From positions 1 through 61,221 of the IMG/VR virus record IMGVR_UViG_3300033143_005346: a DNA stretch of 61,221 nucleotides. One strand, 5' to 3'. Each line of letters starts with the position of its first letter. Positions within the stretch are counted from its first letter, which is position 1. The notes under the pieces are model-generated. The model did not search any database. It was not told where the DNA came from and was given only the letters and a program-made list of their open reading frames with translations. Shown one piece after another: positions 26,364 through 36,804 of the stretch. This stretch comes from a virus (lineage: Duplodnaviria > Caudoviricetes). The translations under genes were made by a program, and so were the position numbers.

Positions 26364-29300
26364 GTCTTCAGACACTCCATTAGCTGGTAAAATTCGTTTA
26401 CATTTTCTTCCATATCAGAGAAAGCCTCGCGTGCTGGCTCCTCTGTTTCAGTCAGCTCCCCAGTCTCCGGATCTATGTATCGTACCGTAGCTGTCTCACT
26501 CATGGGCATGAAATCCATATTCTCACGAATGAATTTGGCCTTGCGCGATTTAACCGTAGGAGCTTCTTCTGGGGACGGAAGGGTCTCAGCCAGGACAACC
26601 TCTGGGGCAACAAGTTTGGGCGGTGGTGCTGGCAACTGAGGCTGCATGAGGGGCATTTCAATAACGGTTGACTTCTTTATTTTATCAACAGAATCCCTAA
26701 TCCAAATTTTTGCCTGTGCGTCAGCCTGACGATCAGTCAGGGTGGTATATTCCGGTGTGGAAATGTCGGTAGACAGCAAACCGTCAACACGTTTCTTCTG
26801 GACAGCTACCTGTTCTGGTGTTGACGCACGGCCTTTCCATGTCAATCGTTTTGTCAGGTTGTTAAGACGAGTCATAGACCCTGTGATCTGAGCGCCCAAA
26901 GATTTGAGGTTTCTTGCCCAGGGTGGCCCGCTGGGTTTTTTGCCAAAGTTTCCAAGCTGGCTGTAAATTTGGCTGAGTTTGTTTTTGGCCTTATCTTTAA
27001 GGTTCCCATCCACCAGCTCCAGGTCGTCAATCATTTCGGTTACTTCTTCCGGTGCAACCTCAATGGTCGCCGGTATAGCAACCATCGGAGTTGCGATTGC
27101 AGGTACTGGTGCAGCTCCAGCCTCAGCCATTTGCACCACCCCCAATTGCTCATTGGTCAGGTACTCCTGGGCTTGCTGGAGCGCACCAGAACTAACGGCA
27201 AAAGCCAGCGTGCTGGGTGGCATACCGATATCTTCGGCCTCGTAGGCCAATTCTTCTAAAATGAAATTCCAGGCGTTTGCTTCAGGTAGGGCTGGGCTTT
27301 TGGCCAGGCGACTGACGTGACCCGTGGTCCAGGCAATGGCATCTTCAACGGTATCTTCAGGTGTCCACTGGGCGTTGTGACCGGTAAACTCAACTCCAAC
27401 AATCTGTTCATCTATAAGTTTGCCTTGGCCAAGGTCCCTTCCCACTTTTTCATTCGCCCTGGTTTGGGAAGCCAGAAGGCCCTCGCTTTTTTGGCTCCAC
27501 CCGACTGGGAGATAATTGACTTCAACTCTTGTCCCAGGGATCCTTGCTCTGGTGGGTTTCTCTTTACCTTCCTCAGTGATGGTTGCGTATTCCGCTGGGA
27601 GTCCATCTTTGATTTTTTCGGCAGCTGATATCGCATTAGATATTGTACCTCCCGTGGCTGACGTAAAGGCCAGTCCGTTAAGCTGATAATGTATGTTATC
27701 GTCTTTTCCTAAAAAGTCGAGAACTATTTGAGATGCCGAATCTTTAATGGCAAGTCGTAAAGTTTCAAGTTCGTCCCTGCTGACAGAATCCCTGTCGATC
27801 CCACTGACTCCATATTCGTCACCACCCATACGATACAGTTTGATCCTGTTGATAATTCCGGTGGTTTCGGCTGCTTCAGTCATGGCTTGACCCATCAGCG
27901 CCAAAGCCTGGTCGCCCATAGCGTGTCCGCCAATAACCCTTTCGCCGGTCGGCAGCGTACCTTCTTTGGTCATATCGTTATAGTATTTGAGTCCGTCCAC
28001 ATCGATAGACACGAAAGGAACATCCGCACCAAATTCTTCCTTGTGTAGCTCCAGAGCATTTCTGTTTAATAAGCCGGTAAGAACATCCTCAACGGCAAAC
28101 TTTCTTGTAAACTCCAGAGCTTCGGTTCTCTCAGCCGGTGTCATTTTATCAATATCGGATGTCATTTGCCAGTTTTCACGGCGCTCTATGCCACTACGCT
28201 TGTCATCTTCAACCGGTGTTTCAGTCTGACGACGATCACCCACATCAGGCTCTCTAATCCCTTCCGGATTCTCAAAGAATTCTGCCAAGTCCGGTAGATT
28301 TTGTGCAAAATCTTCCTCCATTTGTGCAATGGAATAAACATTCGTAAGCTGATGTAATGGTTCAATATCTTCAATACCTGGTAGCGTCCTGGGTGCGTCG
28401 GAGATCCCCTGAGCACCACCGATATCATACATGGTTTTCCAATAATCGTTACGCTTAACACCTATAACATCAATTTCGTCTGACGGTGGGATCTGGATCC
28501 GGTCGGTCAGTGAGTCCAGAACCATGTTGCCAGCTCCGTCATCTTCAGACACCACGGTATATTGATCCCAGCTGTAGCCATCACCCTCAATCACCGCTTG
28601 ATCGCCCAGCTCTAAGGAATCCACATTAATGGAGGTGCCAATGATCTCATAACCGTCTGATTCAAGTTGTGCAATCTCACCGCCCAGAAATAGCTCAGGG
28701 TCAGATGCTTTCATAGCCTGGGCAATTCCCATAATGTGATCAGATATAGCTGACTGGCGTGCTGTCAGTAGCTTGCCGGTATCCAGCTTTTCGATCAGAT
28801 CAAAGAAGTCTTTTCGATTAAGACCATACTTAAATTCTTCTTTCTTTTCCTGGATCTCACGCACGGGAACCTTCTTGTCCGATTCCATGACCGTCTTACC
28901 GGCCTTATCTTTTTTAATTCGTGAGTCTCGATACCTGATAGTAAACGGTTCTTTAAACCACCCAGGATAACTGGATCCATATCCATGGGCCATACCTTCT
29001 GCAAGGTTTGGGTTTCCAGCTTCATCTATAAAGGTTACACCCTTCGGCTCGGAAACTCCAACTTGTTCGACCATCATGTCGTAAGCAGCCCGTAGATCCG
29101 GTGGGATCTGACTACGGTCAACAAAATAGGAATCAGACAGCGTGCCCAGTAAATTGACGCGCCGGTTATATTCTTCCTGTGTTAAACCGATAGGCTCTGG
29201 GCCACCAAAAGCCGGACGGTCTGGGATGCCATTGCCCCTGATGATACCAATCTGCTCCATTGCTCCTTCATTTTGATCCTGAGTTTGGACCAAGCCCAGA

Positions 29301-30694
29301 TCCTGGAGTATACGTTCTTTCTGGATGTTATCCAAATTGGGCTGGCGCGTAAAAACATCGTCACCCACTATGCGAAGCGTCCGTGCAAATTCGTCAGCAG
29401 CTTCCAGAGCTCGTTCTTTCCGGTTCTCAATTTCAACAGGATTGCCTGGTATATTTTCGGCAAGTTCAACAAACCGCTGATGGAAACTGAAATTTCTAAA
29501 GGCTTGCTGTTGTTCTGGAGTCATCATATCCAGGTGGGCCTGGGTGACAGAGGACGCCTTTCTGTTCGGCGCACGCCTGGAGATAATATCTTCGTCAGAG
29601 TAAGGCACAAAATCACCTTCATCCGCTGCGTCTACAGCCGGACCTTTGCCGCGCCTTTCTTCTTCCATCCGAAGTTGATGGTAATTTTCGTCCTCTTTCC
29701 TTTTTTTTCTGGAAGCAACCGCACCGAATGGAGCGAAAAGCAATGCCCATGGAGCTGTCAGGGTACCTTCGTACATGCCCTGTTTGGTAGTTTCCCCTAT
29801 CTCGTCCCAAAACAGTTCAGCTCGTTGGAATAATTCTTTATCCGGATTGGTAGCAAAGATATTTATAAAAGAATCAGGGTAAGCCTGTGCCCATTCTGTA
29901 AAAAACTCTGTGGACACTATCCCTCCAAGAGCTTTCATCTTCTGAAGCAACGGCATCCTTGGCTTAAACATTTTCATAGCCAAATGAAACGGTGCCATCT
30001 CAAGGGCACCCTGGATAATAGCATTACCTAAAGACCAATAATACGCTTCATCCGGTGGTGTGCCTTCCTGGATCAAATTGTCATACGTTCCACCCAGGAT
30101 CTGCATGCCCATCATTCCAAAACCAGCCCACGGCCCACCGGCTACAGATGCCAATATCATAGATCCAATCTGAGGACCTACTGATACCACGCCTTCAAAC
30201 CAGTTGTGGTTCTCAAGCCCCCTGGGATCTGCTTTAAGAAATTCGGACTCAGCCAGCATGGACAAGGCCAGCTCTTGATTTTCATCCATGGCCATAATGC
30301 CAGGGCCAAAATTAGAGATCGTGTCTGCCAAGGCTTTAACCGCTGTACTTTCCTCATAGTAAGGAACGTACTTTTTCTTCATCCGATTAAGCCATTCGGA
30401 TGTAGATAGCGCTGCAATAGCCGACGTTTGACCAACTTCTTGGGTCCCAGCCTTAAGTTTTTCTCCCAGCCGTCCATATTGCTCTTGCGTCCATGGACCA
30501 ACATTTAAGAGCTTTAACGGGTCCAGCTCAACGGGGGGATGTTTTTCAGGCCGGTCTTCATCAAAAGAATCAAAGCTCTTGTAAAAATCCTCTACTGGTC
30601 GCGGGACCTCTCCAGACGACAAGCGCGAAAACATCGGGTCGTCTTCATAAAGCCCCCTACCGGCGTATTCTAAAATATCTTCATTAATTCCCAT
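26360..30694 (-). CDS. Internal-virion/ejection protein carrying a GGDEF (diguanylate cyclase) domain
   Basis: 1444 aa; hydrophobic Gly/Ala-rich N-terminal region typical of ejection proteins; DVLTGLLNR, SIDVDGLKYYND, GHAMGD, YRMGGDEYGV. Confidence 0.85.
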   Translation of the reverse strand: MGINEDILEYAGRGLYEDDPMFSRLSSGEVPRPVEDFYKSFDSFDEDRPEKHPPVELDPLKLLNVGPWTQEQYGRLGEKLKAGTQEVGQTSAIAALSTSEWLNRMKKKYVPYYEESTAVKALADTISNFGPGIMAMDENQELALSMLAESEFLKADPRGLENHNWFEGVVSVGPQIGSMILASVAGGPWAGFGMMGMQILGGTYDNLIQEGTPPDEAYYWSLGNAIIQGALEMAPFHLAMKMFKPRMPLLQKMKALGGIVSTEFFTEWAQAYPDSFINIFATNPDKELFQRAELFWDEIGETTKQGMYEGTLTAPWALLFAPFGAVASRKKRKEDENYHQLRMEEERRGKGPAVDAADEGDFVPYSDEDIISRRAPNRKASSVTQAHLDMMTPEQQQAFRNFSFHQRFVELAENIPGNPVEIENRKERALEAADEFARTLRIVGDDVFTRQPNLDNIQKERILQDLGLVQTQDQNEGAMEQIGIIRGNGIPDRPAFGGPEPIGLTQEEYNRRVNLLGTLSDSYFVDRSQIPPDLRAAYDMMVEQVGVSEPKGVTFIDEAGNPNLAEGMAHGYGSSYPGWFKEPFTIRYRDSRIKKDKAGKTVMESDKKVPVREIQEKKEEFKYGLNRKDFFDLIEKLDTGKLLTARQSAISDHIMGIAQAMKASDPELFLGGEIAQLESDGYEIIGTSINVDSLELGDQAVIEGDGYSWDQYTVVSEDDGAGNMVLDSLTDRIQIPPSDEIDVIGVKRNDYWKTMYDIGGAQGISDAPRTLPGIEDIEPLHQLTNVYSIAQMEEDFAQNLPDLAEFFENPEGIREPDVGDRRQTETPVEDDKRSGIERRENWQMTSDIDKMTPAERTEALEFTRKFAVEDVLTGLLNRNALELHKEEFGADVPFVSIDVDGLKYYNDMTKEGTLPTGERVIGGHAMGDQALALMGQAMTEAAETTGIINRIKLYRMGGDEYGVSGIDRDSVSRDELETLRLAIKDSASQIVLDFLGKDDNIHYQLNGLAFTSATGGTISNAISAAEKIKDGLPAEYATITEEGKEKPTRARIPGTRVEVNYLPVGWSQKSEGLLASQTRANEKVGRDLGQGKLIDEQIVGVEFTGHNAQWTPEDTVEDAIAWTTGHVSRLAKSPALPEANAWNFILEELAYEAEDIGMPPSTLAFAVSSGALQQAQEYLTNEQLGVVQMAEAGAAPVPAIATPMVAIPATIEVAPEEVTEMIDDLELVDGNLKDKAKNKLSQIYSQLGNFGKKPSGPPWARNLKSLGAQITGSMTRLNNLTKRLTWKGRASTPEQVAVQKKRVDGLLSTDISTPEYTTLTDRQADAQAKIWIRDSVDKIKKSTVIEMPLMQPQLPAPPPKLVAPEVVLAETLPSPEEAPTVKSRKAKFIRENMDFMPMSETATVRYIDPETGELTETEEPAREAFSDMEENVNEFYQLMECLKT

Positions 30695-30727
30695 GCTATT
30701 GTCCCGTTACATATTTAGATGTTTTTA

Positions 30728-32500
30728 CTACATTTGTAACCCAAGGTGAGACTGGCCTGTTGGTTTGGCTTGAGGCCCCAGGTTTGATATATCTTGTTTC
30801 GGCTGAAGCCCCTGCGGTCGGCCACCATCTGCCCAACGTTTCATTTTACCAGGTTCCTCTTTAAGCGCATCGGCTATGGCCGACCCAGCTCTTAGAACCT
30901 CTTTGCCAATCGGCTTAAGGAGATCTGCAAGACTAAACGGTGTCATACGTTCAGCTTCAAGCAACTGTATAATTTCTTGTGCTTTTTCGTCGCCATCCCT
31001 TGCCATAGTTTGAAGAATGTTAAAATAAGCCTTTGTTTCCGATTTGTCTGCTGACGCCCAGGAGTCTTTCGTTCTATTGTATATTCTAAGCTGCTTCATA
31101 TCCTTGTCTATAGCAAAGCCAGTTCCGCCTTTTCCGATATCCTTATGGTAGTAAGTGACAACATTTTCTGAACCCTTGCCAAGATCCGGAGTTATCTTTG
31201 GGCTTCCGTCGCCATTATATTCCAACTCTACAGGAGTCAGTTCTGCCTTAAATTCTTTGGCCATATGGTAGGCAAAAGCGGGGCCATATTCCTTTAAACC
31301 ACTCTGCATTATCATCCGGAGATCAGGTTTCTTCCCAGCTTGGTCATTAAACATTTCCCTGACCCTGCCAGCAGCGACCTGGGCTGCCTGTGGAGTTAAG
31401 AAGTTTTTACCTGTTAACCCATACTGATTTGCAAGTTTTTTCGACCCTCCGACACCACCGACCATTTTTTGTAAAACTCCCATACCCTTAAGAAAATCTC
31501 TCTGGTGTTGTTGAGCAGATTTGGGCTTCGGGTTTATCGAATCATGTTCTTCGCCCTCTGCAAGCTCAACTGGGATCCCTTCGGCATATTTTAGAGCAGC
31601 TTCCATGGCTGATTTTCCTGCTGAAATATTGTTTTTCATAATCACAGACTGATCTTTAGTTGATATCTTTTCTCCGGTCGCAGTTCCGCCAGCGCCACCA
31701 CCAACAGGCTGCATCATTTTTTGGTTAACCGACATAAGTATCTGGCGTAATCGAGAAGATCCTACTGGCACCGGCGCACTGTCTCCAAACTGAACAGAAA
31801 CCACACCACCATCAGTCCGATGTTTAGGATAGCCCATCTGTTTGGCCTGTTGCTGTTCTTCGGAGATTGGATTGCCTTCAGCATCATACTGTTGTTTCAT
31901 TTCTCCCAAGACCGGATTGCCCTGCTCGTCTAATATAGGATTACCCTGTTCATCTTTCATCGGCTGCTTTTGTCGCGTAACACTCGTCCTGCTGGTTTCA
32001 CCCATACCTGGATAGATCCCCTTGAAATGACGATCCGCAGCCGTAGCATCTCCACGGTAAATCGCATCAGAATAAGCCCGATAGTGGCGCATCTGTTCTT
32101 GGTATGCTTCCGCATCTTCCGCAGCCTTGTTGCGGATTCGGCTGGGAACAACATCTTCAGCCGCAGCTTTAGCCCGATCTTCAGCCTTGTAGGCAGCCGT
32201 TGTTTCTCTTTCGGATAAAGCCTGGCCTAAAATATCGGATTCCAACTCGCCGCGCTCCATGTCTCGATTATGAGCCTCCTCCGTCCTTCTCTCTTTGCTG
32301 GCCTTTCTGGCTTCCGCTGCCTGACGGGCCTCTTGGTCTTCAAAACTTTCCATTGCAGAGCCACCACCACCTCCACCCATCCGAATAGCAGGCCCCCTTG
32401 TCATCGGTCGCCTGATAAGAGCGTTTAATAAGCCCAGCTTTTGATTTTGAGCCTGGGTCGCTACTTGCTGACCCCTTAGAAAAGCATCTGATATTCCCAT
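30728..32500 (-). CDS. Putative internal-virion (DNA ejection) protein
   Basis: 590 aa; Q/A/G/M-rich helical composition, DEQGNP repeats; position after the nozzle gene. Confidence 0.7.
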   Translation of the reverse strand: MGISDAFLRGQQVATQAQNQKLGLLNALIRRPMTRGPAIRMGGGGGGSAMESFEDQEARQAAEARKASKERRTEEAHNRDMERGELESDILGQALSERETTAAYKAEDRAKAAAEDVVPSRIRNKAAEDAEAYQEQMRHYRAYSDAIYRGDATAADRHFKGIYPGMGETSRTSVTRQKQPMKDEQGNPILDEQGNPVLGEMKQQYDAEGNPISEEQQQAKQMGYPKHRTDGGVVSVQFGDSAPVPVGSSRLRQILMSVNQKMMQPVGGGAGGTATGEKISTKDQSVIMKNNISAGKSAMEAALKYAEGIPVELAEGEEHDSINPKPKSAQQHQRDFLKGMGVLQKMVGGVGGSKKLANQYGLTGKNFLTPQAAQVAAGRVREMFNDQAGKKPDLRMIMQSGLKEYGPAFAYHMAKEFKAELTPVELEYNGDGSPKITPDLGKGSENVVTYYHKDIGKGGTGFAIDKDMKQLRIYNRTKDSWASADKSETKAYFNILQTMARDGDEKAQEIIQLLEAERMTPFSLADLLKPIGKEVLRAGSAIADALKEEPGKMKRWADGGRPQGLQPKQDISNLGPQAKPTGQSHLGLQM

Positions 32501-32513
32501 GATTTACCCCCTA

Positions 32514-32708
32514 TTAATAAAGCACTGGCCGTCCAATATTTTGTCCACCACCAGGAATTTTCTGGATTAGCCCAGCTTCTGACGCTTGCTGCGGTGGTTT
32601 TGCTATAGGCTGTTCAATACTTTGCATTATTGATGGATCCATATCGTTCACAGCTGTAAGCCCTGACAATTCAGTTTGGGGTTTAGCCTCTTGCGACGGG
32701 CCAAACAC
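32514..32708 (-). CDS. Hypothetical protein
   Basis: 64 aa; GTG start coupled to the upstream TAG. Confidence 0.5.
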   Translation of the reverse strand: MFGPSQEAKPQTELSGLTAVNDMDPSIMQSIEQPIAKPPQQASEAGLIQKIPGGGQNIGRPVLY

Positions 32709-33754
32709 TAAACCCCCAGTCGAAAAGGGGAAGATGCCGGTTGCCCAAGAGAAGATATGTTCCCCAAAACATTTTGAGCATTTTGCTGTGCGCCATACTG
32801 TAAGCCCATCTGTAATCCTCCAATATCACCGTACTGACCAGCGATATTTGTAGCCATGCTGCCAGCAATATCTGCCTGACCACGGGCAATGCCTGCCTGT
32901 TGACTGGCAAGGCCGGACAGTGCCTGGGTTTCCTGACCCCTAAGCTGTGCAGCCATACCCATCATTTGGGAACCAGCCCCACGGATACCCATGGCAGTTT
33001 CTGCCATCCTTGTCGGATCCAGAAGTTGCATGGCCATAGCTGTTACTCCGGTCACACGCTCTTTCTCCCCACGCCTGGCCTGGGTAGCCGCCATTGCTTT
33101 TCCGGTAGCTTCCTGTCCGGAAATCCGCTGCATGGTTGCCCGTCCCTGCGTGGTAGTTGGATCCATACCCAACCTTTGGAGCCGCCTGGCCTCTGATTGC
33201 CTGGCAATATTGCCCTGGGCACTAACATCTGCCATGGCTCGACCGGAAACGCCTTCATAATCAGCCTGTGTCATATCCATCAGCTGATCTCTGGCCACCC
33301 CTCTGGCTGACAATTCTTCCTGGGCTGCAAGACGGAAGTCCTGTTCTGTGCCAGCAAAATCTTCACGAAAACTTCGGTATTCATCCTCCATTTCTCCCGC
33401 CAGACCACCCAAACGATCGGCGGACTCTTTGGCGTCCGTCATCCACTCATAGGTGCCCTCAAAAGACTGTAGGGCCTTGTTGTAAACACCCTTGGACTCT
33501 TGAAGCGTCTGGTTCCACTGTTCCAACCACTGGTTCATTCCCATGTCGCCACCGCTACCAGTGTTGGCACCTATGCCCAGGGCTTGCTGTGCTGCCAGGT
33601 ACTGCATTTCACGCATATTGATTTCGTGCGCCCTGTCCTGGTTGGCAGCCTTCCCCCTTGCTGCCATATACTGATCCATCGTACTGTACATTCCAGATCC
33701 TGGCCTGGTAGTATAGGCACCTCCAGTCCCGATTGCGTTTGTATAGGCTCCCAT
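32708..33754 (-). CDS. Putative internal-virion (DNA ejection/pilot) protein
   Basis: 348 aa, A/G/Q/M-rich helical composition; first of the ejection gene cluster. Confidence 0.7.
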   Translation of the reverse strand: MGAYTNAIGTGGAYTTRPGSGMYSTMDQYMAARGKAANQDRAHEINMREMQYLAAQQALGIGANTGSGGDMGMNQWLEQWNQTLQESKGVYNKALQSFEGTYEWMTDAKESADRLGGLAGEMEDEYRSFREDFAGTEQDFRLAAQEELSARGVARDQLMDMTQADYEGVSGRAMADVSAQGNIARQSEARRLQRLGMDPTTTQGRATMQRISGQEATGKAMAATQARRGEKERVTGVTAMAMQLLDPTRMAETAMGIRGAGSQMMGMAAQLRGQETQALSGLASQQAGIARGQADIAGSMATNIAGQYGDIGGLQMGLQYGAQQNAQNVLGNISSLGQPASSPFRLGV

Positions 33755-34282
33755 TTATCTACCTCCCTGCTGTAATTGCGTAAGCTCCTTTATTGATGGC
33801 GCAAACTCTATGCGCTTAACATTCTCCACGTTACCCTCCAGCTCAAACTCCCACCTGTTGGATCTAAGCTGTGCATCCAATCTAAAGGGGAATTGATTAA
33901 ATATTTGCGTAGTTGATATCAGAGTTTCGTCAACATATATCTTAAGAGACAACACCTTTGCCCCTACATAGGTTGGCAACGCTCCAGAATCTCGGATCAC
34001 AGACCCAGCCAGTGGCAACCCGCCTACCGGCCAGCCCTGATGCGGTTCGTTCACATACATTACATATCCACCCGACAAATACCCAAGGTTCTGATTAACC
34101 AAAAGATTATAGGCATCCAAAGCTGCATTGTAGGCATCGAAGTCGCCTTCATCAAAATAGATACGGCCATAACCAAAGCGCATCCGATCGATCATATTAT
34201 ACAACTTCGTTTTCCAGTTGAAAGTTCCGAAGGGCTGCGTTTCGTCACCCTCCCACTCATATATTTCTGTTATGTAGGCCAT
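33755..34282 (-). CDS. Probable C-terminal part of tail nozzle/stabilisation protein, encoded separately
   Basis: IYEWEG...FNWKTKLY...PFRL....RWEFELEG..V..I.FA.SI.EL resembles the C-terminus of podovirus tail tubular B-like proteins. Confidence 0.55.
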   Translation of the reverse strand: MAYITEIYEWEGDETQPFGTFNWKTKLYNMIDRMRFGYGRIYFDEGDFDAYNAALDAYNLLVNQNLGYLSGGYVMYVNEPHQGWPVGGLPLAGSVIRDSGALPTYVGAKVLSLKIYVDETLISTTQIFNQFPFRLDAQLRSNRWEFELEGNVENVKRIEFAPSIKELTQLQQGGR

Positions 34283-35196
34283 TAACTAAACTCCAGAGTC
34301 ACGGTTAATCCATTCGGTGCCGTACCTGAATGAATACCGCTAATGTTGACATTTATTATATCGCCGGTTTCTACATCATCATTCGAAGTATTAATAACGC
34401 CATCTTGTGCATACCACTCGTCACCAATAGTAACTTCCGTGGACAACATAGCGACCTCTGAGCCACCACGGCTTCGGTAAACACCCACATCCGTAGAAAG
34501 AGTTATCCCTTTATCCCAAACACCGCAAACCACATTGGTCAATTCCAACCCATTCAGGTGTGGCGGAATGACAATAATACCCTTTTCCCCAGTGGTAACG
34601 GGTACCGCTGCATCAAAAACAGGAATCGTTACCGACAGAGTAAGCGTCCCGCCACCAGCTGCGTTGGAATGGTCGTGACCGGCGCTGGTGAAATCACCAA
34701 TCGTGGGTGTTGTCAGCGTTTTATTGGTCAGTGTCTGGCTATCATCCGTAGTTAAAATGTCTCCGGAAGTGTTGCCACCAACAGACACATCGTCCAGCTG
34801 ATTAAGCTCAGTCGCCGTAGCCACCAAAGCCACAGCCTCGTTAAGCAATGGGCTTGTTAGTTGTCCACCATTAGCAGCATCAGCGTGGGTATGTCCAAAA
34901 TTGGTAAAATCACCACCGGAAAGGGCAGCAATCGCATTGAGCTGAGTAGCCGTTGCTGTCAGGTCAACAGCTTCATTAAGATGAACGGTACCCACAGAAA
35001 GATCAAGTGTGGCAGCAGTATTTAGAACGATGTCGCCCTGATAGCCACTATCAAGGTATTGAAACAGGTTCTCTACCTCGATATGTTTATTCTGGTCCTC
35101 AAGCACTACCTCAGAAACATCTCCAAGGTAAAGAACATCGTCTGCCGCTGGAGCTACCAGCAGCTGGGTCATTTGGGTAATATCTAAGTCAGCCAT
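34282..35196 (-). CDS. Short tail-fibre-like protein
   Basis: Internal repeats (LNEAV.L.ATAT.LN twice; GDFT..GH.H..AA.GG.LT twice), QTLTNKTLTTPTI motif, C-terminal globular domain. Confidence 0.65.
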   Translation of the reverse strand: MADLDITQMTQLLVAPAADDVLYLGDVSEVVLEDQNKHIEVENLFQYLDSGYQGDIVLNTAATLDLSVGTVHLNEAVDLTATATQLNAIAALSGGDFTNFGHTHADAANGGQLTSPLLNEAVALVATATELNQLDDVSVGGNTSGDILTTDDSQTLTNKTLTTPTIGDFTSAGHDHSNAAGGGTLTLSVTIPVFDAAVPVTTGEKGIIVIPPHLNGLELTNVVCGVWDKGITLSTDVGVYRSRGGSEVAMLSTEVTIGDEWYAQDGVINTSNDDVETGDIINVNISGIHSGTAPNGLTVTLEFS

Positions 35197-35205
35197 GTCA
35201 ATCTC

Positions 35206-36804
35206 CTATAAGTCTGCGATTAAAAATATATTGTCTCCGGATCCGATCTGCACAATCTGGTCGGCCCGATTGGGATAACTGGCCCCATCGATCTGTAATA
35301 GAACTTCGGCAGTCTGCTTCACATAGTAAAGCGTATCGGTGCGCGGATCTACATACACAGCCGGTGCATAATTTGTGTTTAGCGCACTCCCCAGAAGCAG
35401 CGTGGTGATTTTCTTCTGGTCAAAATCAATAACCAGAACGTTGCCTTCAAAATCTCCCTGATCGTAAAAACCATAATAACGACCATCCTGATAGGCCCCT
35501 TCAAAAGTGTCCGGCTCGTAACCTTCCCACTCCTTTTTGGTAAAAAATCCTGCGGTAGCATTAATAGATCGGCCCTCTGAAACCAAAACAAGGCCATCGC
35601 TGGTAGCGTAAAGGACGCCAAGCTCATATTCAGCAAGAGACCTTTTGGATATGCACGGCTGAGATTCAGGCATCTTGTTAGGTGTCATTGATGACGGGTG
35701 AGTACCAGTAATAATATATGGGTTTTGATCTGTGGCAACCACCAGGTTGTTTTCCATCACGCCCAGAGCCACAATCGAAAATTCCAGAGTAAGTATATAT
35801 TCCTCCGGATAAGCGTGTGGCTGATATGGTTCAGAAAAATAAAGATCCTTCCCCCTGAACCCAACCATTATCCCATTGGGCATAGCAACAAGGCCAAGAA
35901 GATCATCCGGTGGCGGTACCCATCGCGGGGCTGTCAGGCCGGTCTGCAAAACTTCACCCAGTTCGGTATCCAGTTTAGAATCAGAATAGATCGTTGTTAC
36001 AGCTGCAACTTGATCTACATATTGATACTGGGCTACCGTATCGCCCTGGTTAAGCCGGTAGATGAACTTGGAAACCATTGTGTCTTCATAGGCTCTCCAG
36101 ATCACCGTATTGTCGGTCGTATCTCCATCTACGACAGTTCCCCAAGTAGGCTCTGGGCCACCTGTAGTGCCAGCCTGGACGCACTTGTAAACATATCCAT
36201 TAGGAGTGCTGGGTATTACAAACTCAGTCGTCTCATAGCCCTGTCCGCTGAGCCAGGTCATGTCCATATTGGTAATATCGATCTGATCTCCAGGCAAAGC
36301 GCCCACTTCAACATCCGATACAGGTGCAGGAGCCGATTCTTCACCCCAGGATGTAATTACGGTCCATGTATAAACCAGGTCTCTGGCATCTCCACTACCC
36401 CCACCCGCATTGTTGAGTGACGGTTGCCTCCATGGTTGCGGACTGGCCATAGAATAAAAGTTGATCGGCAGAGCACCGGAACCAGTTGTGGCTTCAGTTT
36501 CATTCGATTTTTTAGGAATCCCGTCGCCGGTATAATAAAACTTAAAATCGGTATCTCCGGACACTGGACCCAACGCTACATCCACATCAGCCGACCATTC
36601 CAGCCAAAATTGAGATCGATACAGATAAATCGTTCTGACCAAAACACCCAGCTCGGCATCAGCATTTTTAAACTCGTTATCCCATGGACGTATCTCTCCC
36701 GAAACCAGTTTGACATTGCTGGCTACCTGGGCTTCATTAGCTTCAAGTAGCTGCCTGGCCCTGACCGGTCTGATACCGCTGAATAAAGGGATGTCTATTT
36801 TCAT
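35206..36804 (-). CDS. Tail nozzle / tubular protein B-like (N-terminal part)
   Basis: FSGIRP...LL..NEAQ.A.N..L.SG.I.P start; W.PPP..L.GL..MPNG, FSEPYQPHAYP, CISKRS, LYATSDGLV motifs. Confidence 0.75.
   Translation of the reverse strand: MKIDIPLFSGIRPVRARQLLEANEAQVASNVKLVSGEIRPWDNEFKNADAELGVLVRTIYLYRSQFWLEWSADVDVALGPVSGDTDFKFYYTGDGIPKKSNETEATTGSGALPINFYSMASPQPWRQPSLNNAGGGSGDARDLVYTWTVITSWGEESAPAPVSDVEVGALPGDQIDITNMDMTWLSGQGYETTEFVIPSTPNGYVYKCVQAGTTGGPEPTWGTVVDGDTTDNTVIWRAYEDTMVSKFIYRLNQGDTVAQYQYVDQVAAVTTIYSDSKLDTELGEVLQTGLTAPRWVPPPDDLLGLVAMPNGIMVGFRGKDLYFSEPYQPHAYPEEYILTLEFSIVALGVMENNLVVATDQNPYIITGTHPSSMTPNKMPESQPCISKRSLAEYELGVLYATSDGLVLVSEGRSINATAGFFTKKEWEGYEPDTFEGAYQDGRYYGFYDQGDFEGNVLVIDFDQKKITTLLLGSALNTNYAPAVYVDPRTDTLYYVKQTAEVLLQIDGASYPNRADQIVQIGSGDNIFLIADL

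Noticed and set aside
27600-28240. Cas10/Palm polymerase or Hypr-type cGAMP synthase interpretation of the GGDEY domain
   Set aside because: The flanking DxLTGLxNR and GHxxGD motifs are DGC-type, the signature is GGDE rather than GGDD, and the specificity residue is Asp.
31870-31960. Short repeated DNA motif (GGATT(G/A)CC...) as a regulatory repeat
   Set aside because: It is explained by coding of DEQGNP/DAEGNP peptide repeats in the 590-aa protein.
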